Positions 18,951 to 28,611 are shown, counted from the first letter of the stretch. The stretch: DNA of 64,000 bases from Candidatus Woesearchaeota archaeon (GCA_964591855.1 CAZQAZ010000002.1:36851-100850); one strand, 5' to 3'. Made by a program: numbers and translations. Notes: a model not told the origin generated them from the letters alone.

Positions 18951-19703
18951 TTAGATGACTTTCTCTAGCTCCTTCAAGGATTCTATCTTCTTCTTGATGG
19001 CGTTTATTTCATTGAGAATATCCCTCTTGATTCTCTCCACGTCAATAACCTGCATTGGAGTTCCACAGTAGGGACAGAGATAATTAGTTTCCATAGCTTT
19101 AAGCATGCTCATTTGTACTCCACACTCATTGCAAGAGAAGAATTCCTTTCCTTCTTGCTTTAAGTGGTACTTCTTCTCGAGAACCTTAATATCCGAGTTT
19201 AGCTCGTTAATAACGTATTTTATAATGTTCTTGGGATTTATTTCCCAAGTGAAGATGTACCATCCCTTTCTTTTGTCTCTCCTTCTTGAGAAAGATACTA
19301 TCCCTCTGGTTTGTAGCTTGTAAAGTATGGACCTCACCTTATTGACTTTGAGGTTCATTAGTGAAGCTAGCTTGAACTCTGAGATTTTTCTCTTCTCTAA
19401 AAGTATCTTTAGAAGTGTAAATCCGGTCTCATCTAAGAAAGCACTTAATTTCTCATTTATGATCTTGTTCCTTAGTATGAGTTGGTTCTTCTGAGCTTTG
19501 GTTAATCTCTTTGACTTCCTTTTCGTTGTTTTTGTTGGTTTCCCCGCACTTTTCTTCTTTGTGGTTTTAGACTTAGCTTTCCCCGCAACTCTTTTTTTAC
19601 TTCTGGTTATCCTTCCCTTGTGCTTAGTTCTCTTAGAGCGTGTAGAAGAAGCCTTTTTCCTACTAGACTTTGTTGCCATCGTATTAAGTTTACATACAGT
19701 CAT
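18951..19703 (-). CDS. tfe: Transcription factor E (TFIIE-alpha homolog) with a lysine-rich N-terminal extension
   Basis: Winged helix (ISEFKLASLMNLKVNKVRSILYKLQTRGIV) plus zinc ribbon (CNECG...CPYCG). The N-terminal ~75 aa are K/R/S/T-rich. Confidence 0.7.
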   Translation of the reverse strand: MTVCKLNTMATKSSRKKASSTRSKRTKHKGRITRSKKRVAGKAKSKTTKKKSAGKPTKTTKRKSKRLTKAQKNQLILRNKIINEKLSAFLDETGFTLLKILLEKRKISEFKLASLMNLKVNKVRSILYKLQTRGIVSFSRRRDKRKGWYIFTWEINPKNIIKYVINELNSDIKVLEKKYHLKQEGKEFFSCNECGVQMSMLKAMETNYLCPYCGTPMQVIDVERIKRDILNEINAIKKKIESLKELEKVI

Positions 19704-19720
19704 GAAATATATACTTTACC

Positions 19721-20848
19721 CTAAAGAATGTATGGTCCAACAATGTTAATTATAAGAATGATGGTCACGAATCCTATTATGGCATTTGCTATGCTAAGCC
19801 TTAACTTATCGTTCTTCGTGAAGTATCCTAAGAACTCAAAGAGCATCTTACACCCATCTGTTATCCAGAGTACGGGCAAGAAGTTGATTATACCTATAGC
19901 CATATTCAACAAGCCAAGCCAGAATATTAAGTTATATAATCCTATTAGTATTGATCCTTCAAAGTCCCTTGGTGCGTAGTGATCTCTAAATTCCCCACCC
20001 AATCTTCCAGATCCGGTGGCTTCGTCTTTGCTTAGTGTTACAATATATTCCCCACGGGATGTATTAAGTACTAGGGTTTGATTAGGCAAGGTATTTGACA
20101 TGAAAGCCTTGAATGTTGTTATGTTCATATGGGTTCCGTTTATAGTGTATATTACGTCACCACTTGATAAATTTGTTAAGGAAAGAGGCTCACCTTTTAT
20201 GTTGAATATACCTATACCCTCATGCATCACATGTGGGGAGCTTGCTATGTGCACAGCGAGGTATGACCCCAAAAGCATGAAAACAAAAGCAAACACTATG
20301 TTTGCACCACTACCTGCGGAAAGAATCCTCAACCTATCTATGATTCTTGCTTTGTTCATACTCTTCTCATCAGGTTCGACAAATGCTAATGGTATAGGTA
20401 AAGGTAATAGAAATCCAAACCCAGCATTTTTAATACGCACTTTCCTAGCGAATGCAACTATTCCATGGGAAAATTCGTGGACAAACGCTAAGAATATTAT
20501 GGATATTATCCCACTTAGCAATGGAAGGTATGGTCCTCCTGGTAACTTTATTCCAGGAAGTATGAAAGAAGCTCCAGGTGTGGTTACTTTGCCAGTAATT
20601 ATGTCAATGGCATTGTTGTACAAAGCTTTTACTCCGACAGCAGTGAAGTAAACTGCAAGCAAAATGAACAGTGTCGACAACACTGTCCAGAACAGAGCTG
20701 GCTTTGCTAGTTTCTTCATGAGGTTTACTCCTTTCTTTGTTCTGTGAAGAAAGAAGACTTTGTTCTCAATCTGAAACTTTTTCCTATTCAAAAGTATGAG
20801 AACAATGACTAATACGTAAAAACTTAAGCTCACTAGGAGAGAGTTCAT
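19721..20848 (-). CDS. Site-2 protease family (M50) membrane metalloprotease with PDZ domain
   Basis: HEFSHG HExxH motif within a transmembrane helix, multiple TM segments, and a central PDZ-like region. Confidence 0.8.
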   Translation of the reverse strand: MNSLLVSLSFYVLVIVLILLNRKKFQIENKVFFLHRTKKGVNLMKKLAKPALFWTVLSTLFILLAVYFTAVGVKALYNNAIDIITGKVTTPGASFILPGIKLPGGPYLPLLSGIISIIFLAFVHEFSHGIVAFARKVRIKNAGFGFLLPLPIPLAFVEPDEKSMNKARIIDRLRILSAGSGANIVFAFVFMLLGSYLAVHIASSPHVMHEGIGIFNIKGEPLSLTNLSSGDVIYTINGTHMNITTFKAFMSNTLPNQTLVLNTSRGEYIVTLSKDEATGSGRLGGEFRDHYAPRDFEGSILIGLYNLIFWLGLLNMAIGIINFLPVLWITDGCKMLFEFLGYFTKNDKLRLSIANAIIGFVTIILIINIVGPYIL

Positions 20849-20849
20849 C

Positions 20850-21026
20850 TTACCCCTTCTTTGAGACTTCCTTTTTCTTAGGCCTTAGGCCCTTGTATCC
20901 ACACTTTCTGCACTTGGCTCTGCCCTTCTTTAGAGCGGAAGGGTTACTAACCCTTATCTTAGACTTACACTTCTTACATACGTAAACATTTTTGAACAAT
21001 CTGTTTTCTACCTCTTTGAATTTCAT
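20850..21026 (-). CDS. rpl40e: 50S ribosomal protein L40e
   Basis: Hand-translated 58-aa ORF below the track cutoff: [59 protein letters not shown]4 zinc-ribbon pattern of L40e. Confidence 0.8.
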   Translation of the reverse strand: MKFKEVENRLFKNVYVCKKCKSKIRVSNPSALKKGRAKCRKCGYKGLRPKKKEVSKKG

Positions 21027-21040
21027 AGCGCATCTAATCT

Positions 21041-21982
21041 TTAAGCAAATTCTCTATTTAAAAAGCTTTTGAAGTAGAGAAAGAAGCCAATAACCTTATC
21101 TTTGAGGTCCTCTTCATATCCAATGCCATTTATCTCTTGACTCTTGATGTAACCATTTGTAACTATAAATGGCCATGAGCCATACTTGTTTTCTTTGTAC
21201 GTTAAGATCTTCCTATAGGGATTATAAAGATAGGGACCTCTTTTTCTTAATTTGAGTTGACATTCTCTCTGCTCCACAGGATTAAAATTGTAATCAAAAG
21301 GTTCTGAGGGGTCTGTGCTGTACATGTATCTTGCTTTACTGTAACCAAGAAGGGTGTAATCTGGGCCAAGGTACCCGTACCTTCCAAAGGTTGGATCCAC
21401 TGGAAGCCAAGAGTTTGAGTAGTTGACTTCTATCCAAGAGTGAGGTTCTCCACTCTTCCATCCATACACAACCCGCGATTCAATCCCAATGGAGTTTAGC
21501 ATACTAACTGTAAGTTTTGATATGGACTCGCAGTTCCCACTCTTAGTCTCGAATGTTAACTCTGGGCTTTTCTCGTCCTGTGAGTAGTATATGCTTTCGT
21601 AAACCCATGTTGTGATGTTTAAAATAGCGTCCATTAGTGTTTTGGAACCAGAAGTAAGCTCAAAAGCCTTTTCGCAGTAGGCTTTTGAGCAGTTGCCTTG
21701 CACATGCTTGAATGGCACGTCTTTGAATTCGAAAGGCTTTGAGTATGGTTTACTCACGCCGTAGAAATAAAACTTCCCTGAGCAGTTTAAGTATTCTCCT
21801 TCAACCTCGCAGTTCGTAGAGTAGGATTCTAAGTATGGCATTTTAATCGCAAATGATGCATTTGTCTCACCACCGAGTGTTATGTTGTAAAGAGTGTAAC
21901 AAGGTGGGGAAGCCAAGGATATTGTAGGCATTGTACATATAAGACTAATAACAAGTACAAAGGCTATAAACTTCTTTAGCAT
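21041..21982 (-). CDS. Secreted transglutaminase-like cysteine protease-fold protein
   Basis: Sec signal peptide. Cys-His core ([28 protein letters not shown]...HSWIEV). Confidence 0.65.
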   Translation of the reverse strand: MLKKFIAFVLVISLICTMPTISLASPPCYTLYNITLGGETNASFAIKMPYLESYSTNCEVEGEYLNCSGKFYFYGVSKPYSKPFEFKDVPFKHVQGNCSKAYCEKAFELTSGSKTLMDAILNITTWVYESIYYSQDEKSPELTFETKSGNCESISKLTVSMLNSIGIESRVVYGWKSGEPHSWIEVNYSNSWLPVDPTFGRYGYLGPDYTLLGYSKARYMYSTDPSEPFDYNFNPVEQRECQLKLRKRGPYLYNPYRKILTYKENKYGSWPFIVTNGYIKSQEINGIGYEEDLKDKVIGFFLYFKSFLNREFA

Positions 21983-22015
21983 AAGCTTATTAATCTGGAG
22001 ATTTTAATATACTTT

Positions 22016-22528
22016 ATGATAGTTGATGCTTACTTGCAGTTTAAGCCAGATGAGGAAGCTCTTAACTTAGCATACAGACTTGGCTTCGACACAGTTTTCT
22101 ATAACAAATTAAAGGTGCTTAAGAAGTATACTAAATCAAGCTTGCTATCAAATATCAAGTCGCTAAAATACGACTTGATTTTAGGCTTGGAGAAGAATCC
22201 TAGCTATTTTACATCAGGCTTGGCTAAGATAGCAGGACAGAAGAAAGTGGGTGTATTGTTCTTATTTAGCACACTATTGAACTCCAAGCCTATAGAGAGA
22301 TCTAAGTACTTAAGAAACATGAGAAAAGTAACAAGGCTATGTGTCAAATACGATGTTCCTATAGTTCTGTCATCTGGAGCAAGGGATATATGGGAGCTTA
22401 GGGGAAAATCTGAATTACTTGCTCTGGGTTCTATAATTGGACTGAATGGGAAACAAGCAAAGAACGCAATAAGCATATGGCCAATGAAGTATATCCATAA
22501 GGAAGAAATAGTCAAGGTTTTGGAATGA
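22016..22528 (+). CDS. rnp3: RNase P protein component 3 (Rpp30), shortened form
   Basis: The C-terminal half aligns with Pyrococcus Rpp30 (PIVLSSGARDIWELRGKSELLALGSIIGL). Only 170 aa. Located in the superoperon position. Confidence 0.65.
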   Translation: MIVDAYLQFKPDEEALNLAYRLGFDTVFYNKLKVLKKYTKSSLLSNIKSLKYDLILGLEKNPSYFTSGLAKIAGQKKVGVLFLFSTLLNSKPIERSKYLRNMRKVTRLCVKYDVPIVLSSGARDIWELRGKSELLALGSIIGLNGKQAKNAISIWPMKYIHKEEIVKVLE

Positions 22529-22562
22529 AAGTTATATATATAGTTAACTTTATGTAAAGAAT

Positions 22563-23465
22563 ATGAGGAAATTTGTGTTGTTGGCCATGCTTGTGTTGTG
22601 TCTAGGTTTATCTTATGCTGCAGACATAGATAAGGCCCTTATATCTATTAATCCCTATGGGAAGGCCCATGTTGAGTATACTTTGGATGTAAATGCGTCT
22701 TCATTAGAGACCATAACTATCCCAAAACCCCTAGCTGGAAGTGTTAAACTGTATCAGGATGGAGAACCTTTGGATTACAAGCTTATCAAATCAGGTGCTG
22801 AGACTTATGATGTGATCTTCACATCAAGAATAAGTAAGGTAAAACTTGAGTTTGATACTTATCTTCTAACCAGCAAGATTGGAGAGTATTGGCATGCAAA
22901 TGTAACAATGAATGTGAAACCAGATGCAACTGTTCTACTAACTCTCCCAATAAATGTGATAATCGAAGACATTAAAAGCAATGGCAACACAAGAACGTAT
23001 GCAGGTACAACCGCATTAATAGTAGAAGCTAAAGCCATAGAGCCACATTTTAACCTGTTTGTTAAGTACATGGTTAAAGGCTCTTCATCAAAGAAAAGCA
23101 ATATTCTCCCATATCTATTGGGAGGAGCCCTTATAGTTTTAGTTGGGGTTGTAATATTCTTGTATCACAGGTTTAAGGCTGCACAATTAAAGCTTAAGAG
23201 GAAGGTTAAAAGAAAGCCAAGAAAAGTTAAAGGTAAGAGGATCAAGAAGAGTGTTGATAAAGTTTTAGATAGAAATGAGAGGAAAGTGGTTTACTTTTTG
23301 AAAGACGTGGTAGACGCTACACACTCACAGATACATAGAGCAACTAAACTTCCAAAGACAACCTTAACTAAAGTACTTCAAAGGCTGGAGAAGAGAAACT
23401 TAATTAAGAAGATACCATTTGGTAAGAGGTATAGATTTGCTCTTCAGGATTGGGTCTTTGAGTAG
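22563..23465 (+). CDS. Membrane-anchored winged-HTH protein: Sec signal, extracytoplasmic domain, one TM helix, cytoplasmic basic linker plus wHTH
   Basis: Signal MRKFVLLAMLVLCLGLSYA. TM helix ILPYLLGGALIVLVGVVIFLY. C-terminal HTH VVYFLKDVVDATHSQIHRATKLPKTTLTKVLQRLEKRNLI. Confidence 0.5.
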   Translation: MRKFVLLAMLVLCLGLSYAADIDKALISINPYGKAHVEYTLDVNASSLETITIPKPLAGSVKLYQDGEPLDYKLIKSGAETYDVIFTSRISKVKLEFDTYLLTSKIGEYWHANVTMNVKPDATVLLTLPINVIIEDIKSNGNTRTYAGTTALIVEAKAIEPHFNLFVKYMVKGSSSKKSNILPYLLGGALIVLVGVVIFLYHRFKAAQLKLKRKVKRKPRKVKGKRIKKSVDKVLDRNERKVVYFLKDVVDATHSQIHRATKLPKTTLTKVLQRLEKRNLIKKIPFGKRYRFALQDWVFE

Positions 23466-23780
23466 GTGCATTGTATGAAGACCATAAGGAATAGGTATAT
23501 ACTGTTTGAGATCATTTCAGATGAAGAGATAGGTTATGAGGAGTTTAGGAAAAGCTTTTTAAATGTATGCTTCTCTCTGCTTGGAGAATTAGACTATAAG
23601 AATGCAAACATTTTAATATTAGAAAATGAGTTTAAAGGTAGGAAAGGAATAATCAAATGTTCGCATAAATATGTTGATCCCGTGAAACTGGGATTAGGCT
23701 TGTTAAGGGAGATAAACGGTAAAAAAGTCATAGTACAAAGCTTAAAAGTAAGTGGGACTTTAAAATCTTTGAAAAGGTGA
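23466..23780 (+). CDS. rnp2: RNase P protein component 2 (Pop5)
   Basis: RNRYILFEI...CFSLLGEL...GIIKCSH...VSGTLKSLKR matches archaeal Pop5. Confidence 0.7.
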   Translation: MHCMKTIRNRYILFEIISDEEIGYEEFRKSFLNVCFSLLGELDYKNANILILENEFKGRKGIIKCSHKYVDPVKLGLGLLREINGKKVIVQSLKVSGTLKSLKR

Positions 23781-23785
23781 TGTGA

Positions 23786-24490
23786 ATGGAAGCTCCTGAA
23801 TTGATGGGATATGACCGTGCTATAACTGTTTTTACTCCGGATGGAAGATTATTACAAGTAGAGTATGCAAGGAAAACCGTATCTCAAGGAACAACAGCTA
23901 TAGGAATGGTGTGTAAAGACGGTGTAGTTCTAATAACAGATAAGAGAGTAACCGAGAAGCTATTGGTACCAACAAGTATCGAGAAGATACATCAGATAGA
24001 CACACACATAGGCGCAACTATGTCTGGTCTTGTATCCGATGGAAGAGTATTGATAGAAAGAGCACAAGATGAAGCACAGAAGCATAGATTAACTTATGGT
24101 GAACCTTCTGACATACTAAGTATAGTTAGAAGTTTATGTGATTATATGCAATTGTACACACAGTATGGAGGAATGAGACCCTTTGGTGTTTCATTATTAA
24201 TAGCGGGTGTCGATGAGAGGCCAAAGCTTTATCTCACCGAGTTGTCGGGTGTATACTTTGAGTACAAAGCAACCGCTATTGGGGAAGGTTCGGACACTGC
24301 AATAAAGATGTTAGAAACTAATTATAAAGAAAGCATGACTATGGAGCAAGGAATAAAGCTGGGGATAAGGATAATAAAGAAAATTCTTGGACCTAAGTTC
24401 AAGAATGAGAGGTTAGAGGTGGCGGTTATTCCTACCGAAACCAAAAAGTTTAAGAAGCTTACACAAAAGGAAATAGATAAGTATATTTAA
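23786..24490 (+). CDS. psmA: Proteasome subunit alpha
   Basis: GYDRAITVFTPDGRLLQVEYA N-terminal signature. Confidence 0.9.
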   Translation: MEAPELMGYDRAITVFTPDGRLLQVEYARKTVSQGTTAIGMVCKDGVVLITDKRVTEKLLVPTSIEKIHQIDTHIGATMSGLVSDGRVLIERAQDEAQKHRLTYGEPSDILSIVRSLCDYMQLYTQYGGMRPFGVSLLIAGVDERPKLYLTELSGVYFEYKATAIGEGSDTAIKMLETNYKESMTMEQGIKLGIRIIKKILGPKFKNERLEVAVIPTETKKFKKLTQKEIDKYI

Positions 24491-24501
24491 AATGATGAGT
24501 T

Positions 24502-25185
24502 ATGGTAGACATTGACAAAGCTGTTATTGCTAGGTTAAAGAAACAAGGTAAAACTTTTGAGGTCCTAGTTGACTGCGAGAAGGCTATTGATCTTAGACAT
24601 GGTAAGGACGTTGATGTAAGAGAAGTTCTCGCAGTAGAGGATGTATTTACAGACGCTAAGAAAGGGTTAAGAGCAGGCGACCTCAAAAGTGTGTTTGGGA
24701 CGGAAGACGTCCTAGAAATAGCAAAGGAAATAATAAAACATGGTGACATTCAGCTTACACAAGAGTACAGAAAGAAACTTTTAGAACAGAAAGTGAACAG
24801 AATAATCAACACAATAACAACGAATGCATACGACCCACGCACAAATGCACCAATACCTCCGGAGAGAATAAGACTTGCTATGGAACAAGCTAAGGTTCAT
24901 ATAGACTTATACAAGCCAGATAAAGAAGTGATGGACGAAGTTGTGGAAGCTTTAAAGAAGATCATGCCAATCTCATTTGAAAAAAGAAAGTTAAGAGTGA
25001 TAGTACCTGCGCAGTATGCTATGAAAGCTTACTCTTTAATAAACAAGTATAAAGTATCTGAGAAATGGTTGGCTAATGGTGATTTAGAATGTTACTTAGA
25101 AGTCTTGGGTGGTCTTGTCCCCGAGCTTTATGATAAACTTAACAAGTTAACACATGGAAACGTTGATATAAAAGAGGTGAATTGA
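24502..25185 (+). CDS. Ribosome maturation factor SBDS/Sdo1
   Basis: FEVLVDCEKAIDLRHGKDVDVREVLAVEDVF motif. Superoperon position. Confidence 0.85.
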   Translation: MVDIDKAVIARLKKQGKTFEVLVDCEKAIDLRHGKDVDVREVLAVEDVFTDAKKGLRAGDLKSVFGTEDVLEIAKEIIKHGDIQLTQEYRKKLLEQKVNRIINTITTNAYDPRTNAPIPPERIRLAMEQAKVHIDLYKPDKEVMDEVVEALKKIMPISFEKRKLRVIVPAQYAMKAYSLINKYKVSEKWLANGDLECYLEVLGGLVPELYDKLNKLTHGNVDIKEVN

Positions 25186-25186
25186 T

Positions 25187-25873
25187 ATGGGAGAAGTGTT
25201 ATTTCAAGAGGGAGATATAGTTTTACCTGGAGACACTGTTGCAAAAGGTATGGACTTACTTCCTGCAAGAGGAACTTATAGGGATGGCGAGGAAATAGTC
25301 GCCACAAACATAGGTATCCTAAAGAGAAGAGACAACATTATTAATGTGATCCCTTTATTTGGACCTTACGTGCCAAGGGTTGGGGATCAGGTTATAGGTA
25401 AGGTCATAGAGGTTGGATACTCTCACTGGGTTGTAGACATAGGCACACCATATCCAGCGGTTTTGCTAGTTAAGGATGGTGTGTCAGAGTATGTAGACCT
25501 AGAGAAAGTTAGTTTAGACAGATTCTACAAAAAAGGAGACTTGATTGTGGCAAGGATACTTAAGAAGGAAGATCCAACCTTTATAAGAATCACAACGAGA
25601 GGACCTGGATTAAAGAAACTAACAGGTGGAAAGATAATAGAAATTACACCATATAAAATACCAAGACTCATAGGAAAAGAAGGGTCCATGGTAAATATGA
25701 TCAAGAACAAAACGAATACAAATATAATTGCAGGACAGAATGGTTGGGTCTGGATAAGTGGAGACCCTCTTGATGAGTTAAAAGCTGCTAAGGCAATAGA
25801 GATAATTGAAAACCAAGCCCATACGCAAGGGCTTACTGAAAAGGTTGAAAAGTTTTTAGGTGGTGAAAAATGA
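25187..25873 (+). CDS. rrp4: Exosome RNA-binding cap subunit Rrp4 (S1 + KH)
   Basis: S1 domain (GDQVIGKVIEVGYSHWVVDIG) and KH domain (IPRLIGKEGSMVNMI). Confidence 0.85.
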   Translation: MGEVLFQEGDIVLPGDTVAKGMDLLPARGTYRDGEEIVATNIGILKRRDNIINVIPLFGPYVPRVGDQVIGKVIEVGYSHWVVDIGTPYPAVLLVKDGVSEYVDLEKVSLDRFYKKGDLIVARILKKEDPTFIRITTRGPGLKKLTGGKIIEITPYKIPRLIGKEGSMVNMIKNKTNTNIIAGQNGWVWISGDPLDELKAAKAIEIIENQAHTQGLTEKVEKFLGGEK

Positions 25874-26574
25874 GTTATGAGAAAAGATTTGATGGTAGAG
25901 CATTTGATGAACTAAGGCCAATCGATATTAAGATAGGCGTTATAAAGAATGCTAAAGGAAGTGCTATGTTTAAGATAGGAGATACGATAGCAATAGCAGG
26001 AGTTATGGGTCCTAAAGAGGTTCATCCAAAGCACTTAAGAAACCCAGAGAAGGGAATACTACAAGTTCATTATGATATGATGTCCTTCTCTGTTTCGGAT
26101 AGAGCAAGACCAGGACCTGACAGAAGAGACATAGAACTTAGCAAGGTTATAAAGAATGCATTAGAACCTGCACTTATACTAAATGATCTACCGGAAACAG
26201 GTGTGTATCTCTATGTGTACATATTACAGGCAAACGCAGGAACGAGATGTGCAGCAGTATGCGCATCCTCTCTAGCACTTGCCCATGCAGGTATACCTAT
26301 GAAAGATTTAGTTCCAGCTGTAGCTGCTGGTAAAGTAGCAGATAAAATAGTTCTGGATTTAAGCAAAGAGGAGGAAGACCATCCAGAAGGAGCTACAGAT
26401 ATGGCTATAGCTATGGTTCCACGTGGGGAAAAAATAACTCTCTTAACGATGGATGGGAACATATCAGATAAAGAACTACGTCAAGCTTTAGAGTATGCTA
26501 AGAAAGGATGTATGCAGATATACAAGCTTCAAAAGGAAGCTTTAAGAAAATTCTTAAAGGGTGAAGAAAAATGA
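25870..26574 (+). CDS. rrp41: Exosome catalytic subunit Rrp41 (RNase PH family)
   Basis: RNase PH fold motifs. ATGA overlap with rrp4. Confidence 0.9.
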   Translation: MSYEKRFDGRAFDELRPIDIKIGVIKNAKGSAMFKIGDTIAIAGVMGPKEVHPKHLRNPEKGILQVHYDMMSFSVSDRARPGPDRRDIELSKVIKNALEPALILNDLPETGVYLYVYILQANAGTRCAAVCASSLALAHAGIPMKDLVPAVAAGKVADKIVLDLSKEEEDHPEGATDMAIAMVPRGEKITLLTMDGNISDKELRQALEYAKKGCMQIYKLQKEALRKFLKGEEK

Positions 26575-27338
26575 ACAATTATATTATAGGATTAATAAAA
26601 AAGAAGATAAGACCTGATGGAAGAACATTTCTAGAACATAGAAAGATAAACATAACAAAGGACCCTTCAAAATATGCTGAAGGATCTGTTATTGTTGAGT
26701 TAGGGAAAACAAAAGTGGCAGTTGGCGTGAAGATGGGTATAGGAGAGCCTTTCAAAGACACACCAAACGAAGGAATACTTATAACGAGTGCAGAATTCGT
26801 ACCCTTTGCATCTAAAGAGTTTGAGCCAGGGCCACCATCTCCAGATGCAATAGAGTTGGCAAGAGTTGTAGACAGAGGAATAAGAGAGTCAAAGGCCGTT
26901 GACTTGGAGAAACTTTGTATAAAGGAAGGAGAAAAGGTTTGGATGGTCTTTGTGGACATTTATGTTCTCAACCACGATGGTAACCTTATAGACGCGGCAG
27001 GAATAGGAGCTATAGCAGCATTACTAAATGCAAAGATACCAAAGCTTGATGAGAATGAAGAGATTGTACATGGAGAGTACCAGGGAGAATTGCCAGTGGT
27101 TAAGAAACCTGTTCCAGTAACTTTTTATAAAATCGCCGACCAAATAATAGTAGATCCAACTAAAGAAGAAGAGGATGCAGCAGAAGCAAGATTAACTATA
27201 ATTTTCAATGACGATGGGAACATAGTTGGAATGCAGAAGGAACTTCCAGGATACTGGACAGTCGACGAGATAAAATCTTGTATAGAAACAGGAAAGAGGT
27301 TGTCAAGCAAAATAAGAAGTGAGGTGTTATCAAAATGA
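26571..27338 (+). CDS. rrp42: Exosome subunit Rrp42 (RNase PH family)
   Basis: RNase PH-like domain. ATGA overlap with rrp41. Confidence 0.85.
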   Translation: MNNYIIGLIKKKIRPDGRTFLEHRKINITKDPSKYAEGSVIVELGKTKVAVGVKMGIGEPFKDTPNEGILITSAEFVPFASKEFEPGPPSPDAIELARVVDRGIRESKAVDLEKLCIKEGEKVWMVFVDIYVLNHDGNLIDAAGIGAIAALLNAKIPKLDENEEIVHGEYQGELPVVKKPVPVTFYKIADQIIVDPTKEEEDAAEARLTIIFNDDGNIVGMQKELPGYWTVDEIKSCIETGKRLSSKIRSEVLSK

Positions 27339-27505
27339 AGTACACCAAATTTGAAAAAGCAAGGATCCTTGGAGCGAGAGCTTTACAAATCTCAATGGGT
27401 GCTCCTATCCTAGTAAAAGTACCCAAGGATATCAAATCACCTTTAGCTATAGCTGAGCTAGAGCTTGAGAAAGAAGTAATACCTATAGAAGTTAGATACG
27501 AGTAA
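27335..27505 (+). CDS. rpoK: DNA-directed RNA polymerase subunit K (RpoK/Rpb6)
   Basis: Hand-translated 56-aa ORF below the track cutoff: MKYTKFEKARILGARALQISMGAPILV...IPIEVRYE. Matches the Rpb6 C-terminal consensus. ATGA overlap with the rrp42 stop. Confidence 0.8.
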   Translation: MKYTKFEKARILGARALQISMGAPILVKVPKDIKSPLAIAELELEKEVIPIEVRYE

Positions 27506-27537
27506 ACTTTTTAACATCTTACTTTTTTACTTTTAAC

Positions 27538-28611
27538 ATGCGTTTGAAGTTTTTGAAAATACTTAACTCTTGTGGAGAGTTTACTTTACAAGTTGATATA
27601 GATGGGTTTAAATCCTCTGTACCTAGAGGAACTTCTAGGAGTAAATACGAAGCCAAACCTTCAAGTTTAAGAGATCTTAGTTCGAAAGCAAGATGTATAC
27701 AAAGAAAACTTAATTCTCACTCGTTCTCGGACTTAAGGTCTATACTCGAGTTTGAAAAGTATACTGAGAAGTTTGGTTCGGAGATCTGTTTGGGCGTAAC
27801 TTATTCTTTGTTGAGAATGTTGGCACATAAGAAAGGAGTTGGGGTTTGGAGATTGTTTACAAATAAGAAGGAAGCTCCAAGAGTGATATCAAAGATTATG
27901 GGTGGAGGAAAGCACTTCATTACTGGGCCAAAGATCCAGGAGTTCCTCTTCTCTTCTAATTCTAAAGGTTTGGTTGGGAATATAACAGGGAATGTTAAAG
28001 TGTACGATGAAGTAAAAGAAAAGCTTGCAAAGAGTAAGAGGATATTGGGTGTGGACTTGGAAGGTGGGCTAGTTCCAAACATGAGTAGCGAGGAAAGCCT
28101 TAACCTCCTAAGAAGATACAGACACAATGGTAAGGTTGGTGTGGACATTGCTGGAGTCAATCTTGTTAGGGGAAAGTCTAAGAACTTTGCTTACGTAGAC
28201 TGGTTAACCTCAAGATACAAACTGGATTATGTGGAAGATCCATTTGACGAGGACGAATTTAAACTGCATGCAAAGTTATGGGCCAAGCATAGCAAGGTCT
28301 TAATAGTTGGAGACGATTTATACGCAACAAACCCATCAAGATTATTAGAAGGCATAAAAGAAAACTCTACGAATGCGTGTATTGTTAAGCCAAATCAAGC
28401 AGGAAGTTTAAGCAAAACAATGGACTTTGTCAACCTGGCAAAGAAATATAAATTAGTAACTGTTATCTCCCACAGGTCTAGGGAGACAAATGACAGCATA
28501 CTTGCTGACTTAGCCGTTGGTTTGGGGGCTGATATGATAAAAGTAAGTATTATAAATGGAGAAAGGGTTTCAAAATTGAATAGATTGATTGAGATAATGG
28601 AGGGAGAGTAA
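27538..28611 (+). CDS. eno: Enolase, compact/divergent form
   Basis: Conserved catalytic motifs DLEGGLVP, VEDPFDEDEF, IVGDDL, KPNQAG and ISHRSRETND. Only 357 aa, with a shortened and divergent N-terminal domain. Conserved rpoK-eno-rps2 context. Confidence 0.75.
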   Translation: MRLKFLKILNSCGEFTLQVDIDGFKSSVPRGTSRSKYEAKPSSLRDLSSKARCIQRKLNSHSFSDLRSILEFEKYTEKFGSEICLGVTYSLLRMLAHKKGVGVWRLFTNKKEAPRVISKIMGGGKHFITGPKIQEFLFSSNSKGLVGNITGNVKVYDEVKEKLAKSKRILGVDLEGGLVPNMSSEESLNLLRRYRHNGKVGVDIAGVNLVRGKSKNFAYVDWLTSRYKLDYVEDPFDEDEFKLHAKLWAKHSKVLIVGDDLYATNPSRLLEGIKENSTNACIVKPNQAGSLSKTMDFVNLAKKYKLVTVISHRSRETNDSILADLAVGLGADMIKVSIINGERVSKLNRLIEIMEGE

